NCBI RefSeq assembly: GCF_006345805.1
Contig: NC_043013.1
Coordinates: 7,440,001 to 7,504,000, forward strand
Direction: 5' to 3'
Length of the DNA: 64,000 bases
Origin: Octopus sinensis
Lineage: Eukaryota
In this document: piece by piece, positions 1 to 11,868 of the stretch
How the letters are laid out: every line of letters begins with the position of its first letter
How positions within the stretch are numbered: position 1 is the first letter of the stretch
Made by a program: the position numbers and the translations under genes
The notes under the pieces: generated by a model
Databases searched by the model: none
Seen by the model: only the letters and a program-made list of their open reading frames with translations
What the model was told of the DNA's origin: nothing

Positions 1-28
1 ATATTGCATAGATTCAAGGTAAACGTAC

Positions 29-116
29 CCAGTATTTCTGTATAAGGAAGCAAGAGGATTGTAAGTGGGTTGTCTTGATGGAAAATAGTATCCAAATCTA
101 TTGGGCCAATAATAAC
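29..116 (-). CDS. Putative second coding exon of an orphan secreted Cys/Tyr-rich protein; gene continues off the left edge
   Basis: Strong minus-strand acceptor TTTTATTGTTTATATATTTTCAG| at 117. Phase-1 entry reads (G)YYWPNRFGYYFPSRQPTYNPLASLYRNT. A possible donor |GTACGT lies at 28; the frame also stays open to base 1. Phase matches the donor at 3645. Confidence 0.5.
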
Positions 117-284
117 CTGAAAATATATAAACAATAAAATTTAATTAATGTATAATTCAAATGGAAAATAGTTATAAATTACAAAAATTTGTAGGGGCAT
201 GTTCGTGATGGTGGGGATCTGTGTAAGACAAGTCATTCTTGGTTGACTGACCATGGGTGTGTATGGAGTTGGTTAAACCTTTAA

Positions 285-505
285 CCCTTTAGACTTCGCA
301 TTATTCTGCCAAAATTAATGCTTCTTCATCCATATTGTTTTGAATGAATCATTCATTATCTTGTAGCTATGAGATTTTGATGAGGTAGCTCTTAATTTTT
401 AAAACGATATTGTAGGGTTGGTGTGAGAGACCAGATCTGGCCAGTTTGAACATAAAACAGGCAGAATACTTTTGGCTGGATATGGCCGGTTTAAATGCTA
501 AAGGG
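285..505. mobile_element. piggyBac-type MITE
   Basis: TTAA|CCCTTT...AAAGGG|TTAA: CCC/GGG termini flanked by TTAA target sites. Confidence 0.7.
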
Positions 506-513
506 TTAAGTAT

Positions 514-730
514 GAAGGGGTGCTGAAATGTTCCTGGTTTTGAATAAAAGAAATTACAGGAGGACCAGTTAATTATGATTTTACTCAACATATTCCCCTC
601 TCAAATTCACACACTTATTGCGGTGGTCCTTCAGTTTTTCTAAGCCCTGTATAAAAGAACTCGGAAGGTTGGACCTCAAACTAGTTCTTTTGCAATACCC
701 TTAAAGCCAGGAACTTTTCAGCACCCTCTT
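514..730. mobile_element. Tc1/mariner-derived MITE
   Basis: Imperfect TIRs AGGGGTGCTGAAATGTTCCTGGTTT / AAAGCCAGGAACTTTTCAGCACCCTCT. Confidence 0.55.
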
Positions 731-2154
731 GTGTGATGAACAGACCCAGTACTCAAAATGTCCTGCCCTGTACATAAAACCATACTGTTGGTGGTTATGC
801 GTGACAGTCTGGGCATTTTATATTTTTCCATTGTCTAGAATATTCTTTTATGTCCTTCTGTATGTTTACATTTGGAATTCACTTTTTCCAAAACTTTTCT
901 TTAATTGCATAGTGTAGCTAAGAGAGTTAAACATAATTCTTTTCACTGACCTGTCTGAACAGAAAGATGTTATAACTGATAGGTATTAATTGTCTTTCAC
1001 TATCAAACCCAGAAAATTTTAAAATGGGGTTAAAAAATAGTATTACGACACCCAACCACGTAGGGGCTCAAAGCATTTCATGATGAGGGCACTAGATCCA
1101 AGAGGAGATTTATGGACATATTCCACTCATTTCTGCTATTATTGCTCAAAGCAAGGTGAGCTTCACTGACCATTGTTGTTGTGATCTAGCTGTATGATGC
1201 AAGACTATGATGTGAGACTATGGCCTCTGTCCCTCTGGACGAACTACTTACATATCAGCATCATCCAGGTCCTGCACTAATGCATTTTTTTACCCAGTCC
1301 TTTCTTCTTCAGAATATCAACCAACTGGAATATCCCTACATATACATTTTATCTTTTACTTGTTTCAGTCATTTAACAGTGGTCATGCAGGGACACTGCT
1401 TTGAAGGGTTTTAGTTGAACAAATCGACCTCCAAGATTTAGTTTTTTTTAACCTTTGGTTGGTCCAAGGCTACAGTAGAAAATACTTGCCCAAGGTGCCA
1501 CACAGTGTGATTGAACCCAGAACCAGGAAGTTGAGAAGCAATCTTTTTACCACACAGCTACACCTACGCCTATGGAAATATCTATTCATTAAACTGCTTG
1601 ACTTTAGTTTCTAACCATCTCACATCTACTGGATTGGAAACTCACTCTCAGATCATACCTTCACAGCATGTGTTGATGAAACTTTCACTGATCCACACTC
1701 AGTTGTGTCTGTCCCAATAACCTACTTGCCATCACTTTCAACAACACTCCTTCCGATACACAGGAATTCCCCACCTGGTTGGGACGCTGATCCATCGTAG
1801 GATTATTCATTTTTGCCAGCTGAATGGACTGGAGTAATGTGAAATGAAGTGTTTTGCTCAAGAACACAATGTGTTGCTGGTCCAGGAATCGAAACCTCAA
1901 TCTTACAATCATGAGTCCAACACCCTAACTAATAAGCCTCCACCCTATGACCCATAACCTTATACTGGTCAACAGTGTGATTTTTTGGGGACTCTTGTTC
2001 TAGGAAACATAACTGCTTTTGAATTAACCTCAATGCCCGACTTTTTATCCTGCAACCATCAACATACAAGGTGGTGCTCCAGCATGGCTGCAGTCTAATG
2101 ACTTAAGTAAAAAATACAGTGGTTCAATTACATCAATCACATTGATTGCATTTT

Positions 2155-2382
2155 ATTTCTTTATTGCCCACAAGGGGCTAAACATAGAGGTGACAAACAA
2201 GGACAGACAGACGGATTAAGTCGATTACATCGGCCCCAGTGTGTAACTGGTACTTAATTCATCAACCCCGAAAGGATGAAAGGCAAAGTTGACCACAGCA
2301 GAATTTGAACTCAGAACATAAAGACAGACGGAATACCGCTAAGCATTTCGCTTGGTGTGCTAACATTTCTGCCAGCTTGCCA
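2155..2382 (-). mobile_element. tRNA-derived SINE, family B
   Basis: Same sequence recurs at 10575, 15586 and 44557. The sense strand has a B-box GAGTTCAAATTC and a GCCTTTCATCCTTTCGGGG core. Confidence 0.75.
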
Positions 2383-2839
2383 CATTGATTGCATCTGTCT
2401 TCAAAAGACTGCAAAGGTCATAGATAAAGCCTCTTTCACCAAACTAAACCTTTAACCCAACTCCCTGTAAAACTCCAATATTTATTACAGAATACAAATA
2501 AACAAATGATGCAGTTTAGCCCCTCGTGCCGGTGGCACATAAAAAGCACCATCCGTTCGTGGCCGTTTGCCAGCTCTGTCTGGCACCTGTGCGGGTGGCA
2601 CGTAAAAAGCACCCACTACACTCACGGAGTGGTTGGCGTTAGGAAGGGCATCCAGCCGTAGAAACACTGCCAGATTTGACTGGGCCTGATGAAGCCTTCT
2701 GGCTTCACAGACCCCAGTAGAACCATCCAACCCATGCTAGCATGGAAAACGGACCCTAAACGATGATGATGATGATGATGAATGGAATAAAAGAAGACTG
2801 AGAATATTAGATGTACTTCTTCAATTTCAGCAACACATA

Positions 2840-3185
2840 TTAGGTAGGGGGCTCTGAAAGGGGTCTCAGGGAGTAGTGTCCCTGCCTTCCTGAGCCTAGT
2901 TTTCCACCACATTTCTTAAAAATCATGGTAGAGGCCTTGGTCTTGGGACCATTCATGTCTAGAAACTGAGGTTGGGGGCAAGCAAGGGCACACTCCCCAT
3001 AGAAAATCCAGCCCCAAGAAAGCCTCAGGACAGCAAGGGAGAATGGGCACCAGCCAGCCAGCCCAAAGGTTGGGGTGGGCTGCACCTGCCTACCTCAGTT
3101 GCTGTGGCATTGAGGTAGATCTGGCCACCCCTGTTAAAGGGGACAAAACCCAGACTTAAAACACTGGATGATGATGATGATGATA
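2840..3185. repeat. Dispersed repeat, with an inverted copy at ~61030-61385
   Basis: GGGGCTCTGAAAGGGG...AGTTTTCCACCACATTT...CTAGAAACTGAGGTTGGGG is the reverse complement of the 61030-61385 segment; it ends in a (GAT)n tail. Confidence 0.7.
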
Positions 3186-3363
3186 TTCAGGGAAAAAAGT
3201 TCTGAGTGCATTAAAGCTTATGAGAAGACCAACTTCACGTACAAGCACAAACAAACATTAATATATACATGTGTGTATATACAACAGGCTTCCATAAATT
3301 CACAACCCATGCTAGCATGGAAAGCAGACGTTAAACGATGATGATGATGACGACGATGATGAC

Positions 3364-3399
<36 letters not shown>

Positions 3400-3645
3400 G
3401 GTATTAACTGACCTAGGCCTATAGTAAAGGATACCAGCCCGCGAAATTTTTTTACCATGAGAGTTCGGGACCCCAGTAATGAATGCATTTGCATACTGCC
3501 AATCAGAGCTCACCTTTAAAATCCACATACTTTGTACTACTGCAGAACAGCCAAGGGGTTGGTTTTTTTGGGGACAGTTTTTTTGTTAAAAAATTGTCTA
3601 TCTGATAAGCCATCAAATACTGTCATTTCAATTTATAATACTCAC

Positions 3646-3808
3646 CCACATTCCAAGGGTAACTATTACAGTAGCTACAACTTCCCAGTGAACTTCCCAG
3701 CGAAGAACATAGAGCACAATGTGGGTACACGTACTGTCTATTACAACAACAAACAACTGCAAGGATAATCAGAATAGTAACGATTGCAATAATTAGCTTG
3801 TTCTTCAT
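3646..3808 (-). CDS. First coding exon of an orphan secreted Cys/Tyr-rich protein (signal peptide plus two CxxC motifs)
   Basis: ATG at 3808 gives MKNKLIIAIVTILIILAVVCCCNRQYVYPHCALCSSLGSSLGSCSYCNSYPWNV: basic N-terminus and hydrophobic core. Upstream acceptor TTTTAATTTTTTTAATTTACAG (exon start ~3847). Consensus donor G|GTGAGT at 3645, phase 1. The sequence is non-repetitive. Confidence 0.6.
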
Positions 3809-3997
3809 GTTGCTGTCACTGTCTGCACACTGAAACTTACTCAATGTCTGTAAATTAAAAAAATTAAAACCATTAACCCAACTCTCTGTAAAACTCCAAT
3901 ATTTATTACAGAATACAAATAAACATATGATGCAGTTTAACATATTTAATGGAATAAAAGAAAACTGAGAATATTCGATGTATTAGGTTCCGGGTTC

Positions 3998-5247
3998 AGT
4001 CCCACTGCGTGACACCTTGGGCAAGTGTCTTCTACTATAGCCTTGGGCCAACCAAAACCTTGCAGTCCCACTGCGTGACACCTTGGGCAAGTGTCTTCTA
4101 CTATAGCCTTGGGCCAACCAAAACCTTGCAGTCCCACTGCGTGACACCTTGGGCAAGTGTCTTCTACTATAGCCTCGGGCCAACTAAAACCTTGTTGTCC
4201 CACTGCGTGACACCTTGGCAAGTGTCTCTTCTACTATAGCCTCAGGCCAACCAAACCTTGTAGTCCCACTGCGTGACACCTTGGGCAAGTGTCTTCTACT
4301 ATAGCCTGGGCCAACTAAAACCTTGTTGTCCCACTGCGTGACACTTGGGCAAGTGTCTTCTACTATAGCCTTGGCCAACCAAAACCTTGTAGTCCCACTG
4401 CGTGACACCTTGGGCAAGTGTCTTCTACTATAGCCTCAGGCCAACCAAAACCTTGTAGTCCCACTGCGTGACACCTTGGGCAAGTGTCTTCTACTATAGC
4501 CTTGGGCCAACCAAAACCTTGTAGTCCCACTGCGTGACACCTTGGGCAAGTGTCTTCTACTATAGCCTCAGGCCAACCAAAACCTTGTAGTCCCACTGCG
4601 TGACACCTTGGGCAAGTGTCTTCTACTATAGCCTTGGGCCAACTAAAACCTTGTTGTCCCACTGCGTGACACCTTGGGCAAGTGTCTTCTACTATAGCCT
4701 TGGGCCAACCAAAACCTTGCAGTCCCACTGCGTGACACCTTGGGCAAGTGTCTTCTACTATAGCCTCGGGCCAACTAAAACCTTGTTGTCCCACTGCGTG
4801 ACACCTTGGGCAAGTGTCTTCTACTATAGCCTCAGGCCAACCAAAACCTTGTAGTCCCACTGCGTGACACCTTGGGCAAGTGTCTTCTACTATAGCCTTG
4901 GGCCAACTAAAACCTTGTTGTCCCACTGCGTGACACCTTGGGCAAGTGTCTTCTACTATAGCCTTGGGCCAACCAAAACCTTGTAGTCCCACTGCGTGAC
5001 ACCTTGGGCAAGTGTCTTCTACTATAGCCTTGGGCCAACCAAAACCTTGTAGTCCCACTGCGTGACACCTTAGACAAGTGTCTTCTACTATAGCCTCGGG
5101 CCAACCAAAACCTTGTAGTCCCACTGCGTGACACCTTGGACAAGTGTCTTCTACTATAGCCTCAGGCCAACCAAAACCTTGTAGTCCCACTGCGTGACAC
5201 CTTGGGCAAGTGTCTTCTACTATAGCCTCGGGCCAACCAAAACCTTG
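3998..5247 (+). repeat. 66-bp minisatellite (~19 copies) expanded inside a SINE (host SINE ~3985-5290)
   Basis: Unit AGTCCCACTGCGTGACACCTTGGGCAAGTGTCTTCTACTATAGCCTTGGGCCAACCAAAACCTTGT is repeated head-to-tail. The SINE B-box precedes it and the normal SINE continuation follows it. Confidence 0.95.
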
Positions 5248-5309
5248 TGAGTGGATTTGGTAGACGGAAACTGAAAGAAGCCTGTCGTATATATGTATAT
5301 GTAAGAATG

Positions 5310-5695
5310 TGGAGGCGCAATGGCCCAGTGGTTAGGGCAGCGGACTCGCGGTCATAGGATCTCAGTTTCGATTCCCAGACCGGGCGTTGTGAGTGTTTAT
5401 TGAGCGAAAACACCTAAAGCTCCACGAGGCTCTGGCAGGGGATGGTGGTGATCCCTGCTGTACTCTTTCACCACAACTTTCTCTCACTCTTACTTCCTGT
5501 TTCTGTTGTACCTGCATTTCAAAGGGCCGGCCTTGTCACTCTCTGTGTCATGCTGAATATCCCCGAGAACTACGTTAAGGTTATACGTGTCTGTGGAGTG
5601 CTCAGCCACTTACACGTTAATTTCACGAGCAGGCTGTTCCGTTGATTCGGATCAACCGGAACCCTCGTCGTCATAACCGACGGAGTGCTTCCATC
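5310..5695 (+). mobile_element. tRNA-derived SINE, family C (antisense copy at ~54424-54733)
   Basis: tRNA-like head GGCGCAATGGCCCAGTGGTTAGGGCAG...GTTTCGATTCCC; the body is shared with 54424-54733. Confidence 0.7.
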
Positions 5696-7674
5696 CATAT
5701 GTAAGAGTACCATATGAGCATGATCGTTGCCAGAGCAACAAGCTGGCCTCCGTACCGATGGCATGTAAGAGGCACCATTTGAACATGATCGTTACCTGCG
5801 TCGTCTTACTGGCACGTGAAAAAACATTCGAGCGAAGTTGTTGCCAGTGCCACTGGACTGGCTCCTGTGCAGGTGGCACATAAAAAGCACCATTTGAGCA
5901 TGGTCATTGCCAGTATAGCCCGACTGGCCCTCGTGCTGGTGGCACGTAAAAGCACCCACTACACTCTTGGAGTGGTTGGCGTTAGGAAGGGCATCCAGCA
6001 GTAGAAACTCTGCCAGATCAGATTGGAGCCTGGTGCAGCTATCTGGTTCGCCAGACCTCAGTCAAATCGTCCAACCCATGCTAGCATGGAAAGCAGATGT
6101 TAAACGATGAGGATGATGATGATGATGATGTATTTGCGTTTATATGTTTGTGTGTCTGTGTTTGTCTCTCCAACATTGCCTGAGAACCGATGCTGGTGTG
6201 TTTATGTCCCTGTAACTTAGCGGTTCGGCAAAAGAGACCAATAGAATAGGTACTAGGCTTACAAAGGATAAGTCCTGGGGTCGATGTGCTCAACTAAAGG
6301 TGGCACTCCATCATGGCCACAGTCAAATGCAATAGATCGATACTAGGGTCATAATTATGGGTGGACACTAAAGAGGGAACGGTTTTGTTGTCCAGCTCTG
6401 TTTACAAGTGACCCCTCAGTTTATGGCCACAGGGTATCTTTTTTCTCATAAATAACAGTGACAAATTCATATGACACCGCAAATAACTGTTGTTGACAAA
6501 GATTCGGAGAAATTGTATTCACCTCAATCGACGTCATTGATTGGTTGAAATTGCCGAAATGCAAGAAATTAAACAACAAATAGCTTACAAACTACAGAAT
6601 TTTCTCAAGAAAGCCAAGAGAAAAAGATGTTTTATAAATACATTCTACCAGTATACGAAGTTTAAAAGTGTTTAGTTACAAAGAAATTATTAAAAAAATC
6701 TGCCGGTCAAAGCAAATAGATCCCAAATTGGCAACACATGGCATCATCGGTAAGCAGCTCTCCATTCACTTTATACACTAAATTTCACATTTGTCACCCC
6801 TATTAACCCGTTTAAAGCAGTTAGATTTTGCTACAACGCACATTTTCAACTGAACCCAATCAGAGTATTTTCATGATTAGGTGGACACTAGTTTAATAGT
6901 TGAGCTCTGATTGGCTGTATGCAAATGAGTTCATAACTGGGGTCCCAAGTTGACAGATAGTGGAACTGAACCCAAAACCACGTGATTACAAAGCGATCTT
7001 CTTAACCACAGAGTGATGCATGCCGGCGGGAGGGAGGGTGGATCGTATCCTCAAACTGGAATCTTGGCTCGAATGCTTGCAACAGAATGGACTGTAATAC
7101 GGACACAAATGGCGCCAGTTGGTGGCGTTAGAACAAGTGATGGGTTAAAGTCAGCCACCTAAGTAGGCCATGGTGAGACCCGAACTCAGAAAGCAAAGAA
7201 CCGGAACAAAGTATTGCAAGGCATCCGGCCGGACATTCTTACAGTTCCGCCAGACCACTATCTTTTTTTCCACGCCCACCATTTTTTTCCACCCTAAACT
7301 CCGGTGTAATCGTGATCTAAACCATTTGAAAGGTATTTGTAAAAGAATATTTCATTCGAAAACACCAATCTTTCTATGTTATGAGGAAACGAAGTCGGAA
7401 GTAAGGACGTTTTAGCAGCGTTATTAGTTCCCGAGCAAACGAATGCACTGGGCCCCATAATAAATATTTATTGACAGCGAACCACAGATTATATGAATTA
7501 GAAATGGGTCCCTCGACCAGTGAGGCTCACGGGCAACTTGTCCTGTGTGCCTAAGCCTTAAGACGGCGCAAGTCGGGGTGGGGAAGGGCACAGTTGTGTA
7601 CCAATGTCTAAAATCTACATATTAAATTACACTTGAGTTGATATTTCAGATAGTTCTTTTATTGGGTACTTTTT

Positions 7675-8103
7675 GGCGATCTTTCGTCTCTAGCAGACCT
7701 TTCCGCCGATTTCCGTAAAAAAATTTTTTTTTTTTTTACATATGGGCTTGCGGGAACTTTTGAAGTAATATACATACATATACACATACACCGAGTAAAA
7801 AATTCAGTTATCTTTTCTTTCACACATTACTCTGTCTCTTCACACACACTAACAGAAGCACTTCACTTACACAACATACTGTCTGTCTCCCACACCCCAT
7901 CAAACACACACACACACACACACATGTACATCAATGCTTCCATGCACGGTAACTTCAAAAGAACTTCCCTTGTCATACAATCGCTTTCTCTTAGTCTCTT
8001 TCGCTTTCATTACTTCAAAAGTTCCCGAAAGCCCATATGTAAAAAAAAAAAAAATTTTTTTACGGAAATCGACGGAAAGGTCTACTAGAGACGAAAGATT
8101 GCC
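7675..8103. mobile_element. MITE with long TIRs (GGCGAT... family)
   Basis: Left end GGCGATCTTTCGTCTCTAGCAGACCTTTCCG...; right end is its reverse complement ...CGGAAAGGTCTACTAGAGACGAAAGATTGCC. Inverted homology exceeds 80 bp. Related to 22156-22691. Confidence 0.85.
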
Positions 8104-9918
8104 CTTTTATTAATTGCTATCAATGTCCTGATTATGTAGTTACAAATATTTAGTTATAGACGCTCCACATTAATTTGAACATAACTGACGTCGCCATTCA
8201 TGGTTTAATAACAATATTGACGAACTCAATATTAATAATTCCCTACTAAGGGCACAGAGTCTGAAATTTAGGGAAGTTGGGGAACTAGTCAATTATGACG
8301 AGCCCATTGCCCAACTGGTACTTTATTTTAACGACCTCGAAAGGATGAAAGGCAAACTAGACCTAAGCGAGATTTGAACTCGTAACGTAAGGCGCCGAAA
8401 TAAATGCTTTGATATCGATAATAATTGTTTCTATTATAGGCACAAGACCTGAAAGTTTGCGGGAAGGGAGCCAGATGGTTACATCGACGCCAGTGCTCAA
8501 CCGAGTTATTTCATCGACTCCGAAAGGCCGAATGGTAAGGTCGACCTCTGCTAAAACATTTTCCATAGCACTTTAGGCTAACGACGGAACTTGATCACCC
8601 GACCTGCAAGAAATAGCAGTCACATTAACCGTCTATTTACCTTCAAATCATACCAAATAGTTCTAAACAAAGAAGGTTGTAGAAGGCAGTGTAGCTCCCA
8701 GATGTGCAAAAGGACGGGATGGTCACAACTGGAATGCCTTTGACCTTAGGTTTCCTTGAACGGGGTTGACCTGGTTGCAAAGCGAGCAGGATGGGGGGCA
8801 AGTGTATAAATAGATAAACAGGTAAACGAATTCATGTATAAATAGATACACAGATGTGTGTATAAACAGATTAATATTCAGGTAAGTATGTAAATAAATA
8901 GTTATACAGATAGATAAGTATGTATGTGTGCAAAGAAATAGATGACTGTCCGTATAAAATGTTACAATTTTCACATTATTTAGATATCAAAAAAGATGAA
9001 TTTTTCAAGAAATCTTTGCAGTGATAATAATTTTAACACATATAAACGAGAAGAACGAAGAGAGGCCAGAATATCCAACTTACGACGAAATTCGCCTTGT
9101 TTGTTGTCTCTTAAACGTTTCTAGCGACGCGTAATGGATAAGTCAAATCCATTTTGGTTCTGTATCATTTTCCCCGCCACATTTAGAAAAAAAATCTTTC
9201 ACTTGTTTAAGTAATCGGAGCGCAGTATCGTCTTGAAGGATTTTCAATCGAACTAGCACTTCTTTCTTTTTCAAACTTAGTATTTATCTTATTTGATATC
9301 TTGGATCTTTTCGCTTTGACCGGCAGATTTTTAAAATAATTTCTTTGGAACTAAACACGGATCTTTTCCTTTTGAAAGCCAGATTTTCCTAGTTAACTAA
9401 ACAATTTGAAACTTTGTATACTGGTAGAATGTGTCAAAAGAAAACATAATTGTAAACCAAAATGAAAACGGAATTGTAATTTCTAAGTTTAACGTTGTTT
9501 AAAACTTGGAATTTTAACCAATGATATTCTTTCTTTCGGCCTCATATTATTTACTGCTTAAACTTCGTATACTGGTAGAAAAGATCCAATATATTTAACC
9601 GATCCACTAAATTACAAGAATGTAAACAAACCAGTGCCTGTTGTTAAGAAGTAAGTGGAGGTTAAACACAAATTTGCTTGATTAAACACTTCACGCTACA
9701 AATGAAGCGGCTATCGATGTTAGTCTTCGCAACATCTACGCGTTACAATGTTGTCCAGTTACCTGTTCTTCCTACAATTGGAATCGTTACCTCGTTACAT
9801 CAATGAGCATTACACCGCACTGATAACTCCTATGTGCTGATGCATTTGCCACTACACACACACACACACACACATCTTCAAATATGAATGAGAAGAAACC
9901 CGAGGAATATAAACAATA

Positions 9919-10377
9919 AGGCGCAGGAGTGGCTGTGTGGTAAGTAGCTTGCTAACCAACCACATGGTTCCAGGTTCAGTCCCACTGCGTGGCATCTTGG
10001 GCAAGTGTCTTTGCTATAGCCCCGGGCCGACCAATGCCTTGTGAGTGGATTTGGTAGACGGAAACTGAAAGAAGCCTGTCGTATATATGTATCTGTATGT
10101 GTGTCTGTGTTTGTCCCCCCTAGCATTGCTTGACAACCGATGCTGGTGTGTTTACGTTCCCGTCACTTAGCGGTTCGGCAAAAGAGAACGATAGAATAAG
10201 TACTGGGCTTACAAAGAATAAGTCCTGAGGTCGATTTGCTAGACTAAAGGTGGTGTTCCAGCATGGCCGCAGTCAAAATGACTGAAACAAGTAAAAGAGT
10301 AAAGAAATAAAAATCAGGCGTTACCCATTTTGCCCCACTTTAGTCATCAGTTTTGACTGAAACAAGTAAAAGAAAGA
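9919..10377 (+). mobile_element. tRNA-derived SINE, family A, with TSD and extra 3' sequence
   Basis: Head GGCGCAGGAGTGGCTGTGTGGTAAG...GGTTCAGTCCC. TSD AAACAATA at 9911-9918 and 10378-10385. Confidence 0.85.
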
Positions 10378-10574
10378 AAACAATATTGAACATACATGCA
10401 CAAGGCGTTTTGCCAGTGCGTAGCTAGGCTGCGCTTATAAGCGTAAGGGAATATATTCTCATATATATGTTGTTAAAATACCTGAAGTAATAGACAAGCA
10501 AGATAACTTGCACCAGGTCCCGTTACAGGAGCAATAGACATTGATATTTCATCATTTTTATGATTTGTCCAAAC

Positions 10575-10990
10575 CTATTTCTTTACTACCCACAAGGGGC
10601 TAAACAGAGGGGACAAACAAGGACAGACAAACGGATTAAGTCGATTACATCGACCCCAGTGCGTATCTGGTACTTATTTAATCGATCCCGAAAGGATGAA
10701 AGACAAAGTCGACCTCGGCGGAATTTGAACTCAGAACGTAGCAGCAGACGAAATACCTATTTCCTTATTACCCACAAGGGGCTAAACATAGAGGGAACAA
10801 ACAAGGACAGACATGGGTATTAAGTCGATTACATCAACCCCAGTGCGTAACTGGTACTTAATTTATCGACCCCGAAAGGATGAAAGACAAAGTCGACCTC
10901 GGCGGAATTTGAACTCAGAACGTAGCGGCTGACGAAATACCGCAAAGCATTTCGTCCGGCGTGCTAACGTTTCTGCCAGCTCGCCACCAT
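10575..10990 (-). mobile_element. SINE family B with an internal tandem duplication (same structure at 44557-44975, + strand)
   Basis: Two successive CCCACAAGGGGCTAAACA...GAACTCAGAACGTA modules followed by the antisense head. Confidence 0.8.
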
Positions 10991-11395
10991 GATTTGTCCA
11001 TACCATGTGCCCTAAACGAGATCAGATACATGTTAAATCGCTATCTGTGACTATATGCAAAATGGTGTGAGAATCATCTGCTGGTATGTCCCACCGATTC
11101 ATACCACGGAAAAAAAAAACATTCAAATATGAATAAGAAGCAGCCCGAGGAATATAAACAATATCGAATATTCATACACAAGGTATGTGTTTTGGCAATT
11201 CGTGGGCAGGCTGCAATTATAGGCGTAAGTGGATATATTCTCATCAGTTCGCCTAGTGTTAATATTTGAATTCTTACGTTGGATGTCTGTTCAAATTATG
11301 AAACCGTGATCACGTTCTCTGCGCCCTTGTTTCCAGACATCCCGCAACTTACATCTGTATAACTTGTTTCATTCATTTGACTACGGCCAAAATTA

Positions 11396-11868
11396 TGCCC
11401 CAAGTGAGGATCGAACTCACGACCTTCAGATTCATCTTTATTATGATACTAGCAGTATCGCCCGGCGTTGCTCGGGTTTGTAAGGGAAATAAATATATAA
11501 GCATTTTTAGAGAGTTATAGCCAAAAAATAGCAAAAAAATGCATCAAAAATGGGAAAAAAATGATGGTAATTTTTTTTAAATCGTTGACTCATCGTAGAC
11601 ATTTTTAGAGAGTTACTTCCCTTATATGATAGCGAAAAAAATGCATTAAAATGGAAAAAAATTATGGTAAATTATTTTTTAAATCGTAGACTCATCGTAG
11701 ATGCGCGCTAATACCCAGAAGGGCTCGATATGAATTACGACTACAAGATACCCGGTTTTGGTTAAACTGCACCGCAAAATGTGGGAGTAGTTAGGAATCT
11801 AAATCGTAGGAAACAGACACACAACTTGACTTTTATATATAAAGATTAACGCGTTGCCTACTGCGCTA
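11396..11868 (-). pseudogene. Elongator tRNA-Met(CAT) pseudogene with a 10-nt intron-like insert, split by a Helitron
   Basis: Sense reconstruction without the Helitron: TAGCGCAGTAGGCAACGCGTTAATATCATA[ATAAAGATGA]ATCTGAAGGTCGTGAGTTCGATCCTCACTTGGGGCA, then TAATTTT terminator. It matches eukaryotic tRNA-Met-e with a few substitutions; the 5' acceptor strand is degenerate. Confidence 0.8.
11449..11845 (-). mobile_element. Non-autonomous Helitron
   Basis: On the minus strand: A|TC...CCCGAGCAACGCCGGG hairpin...CTAG|T. Inserted in an AT dinucleotide with no TSD. Confidence 0.85.

Noticed and set aside
3998-5247. CRISPR-like array, or the 275-aa repeat protein with CPRC motifs
   Set aside because: There are no unique spacers. 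The unit is a SINE internal segment, and its 66-bp period keeps a frame open by chance.
5310-5380. tRNA gene
   Set aside because: It is the tRNA-like head of a SINE; no complete cloverleaf, and the body is repeated elsewhere.
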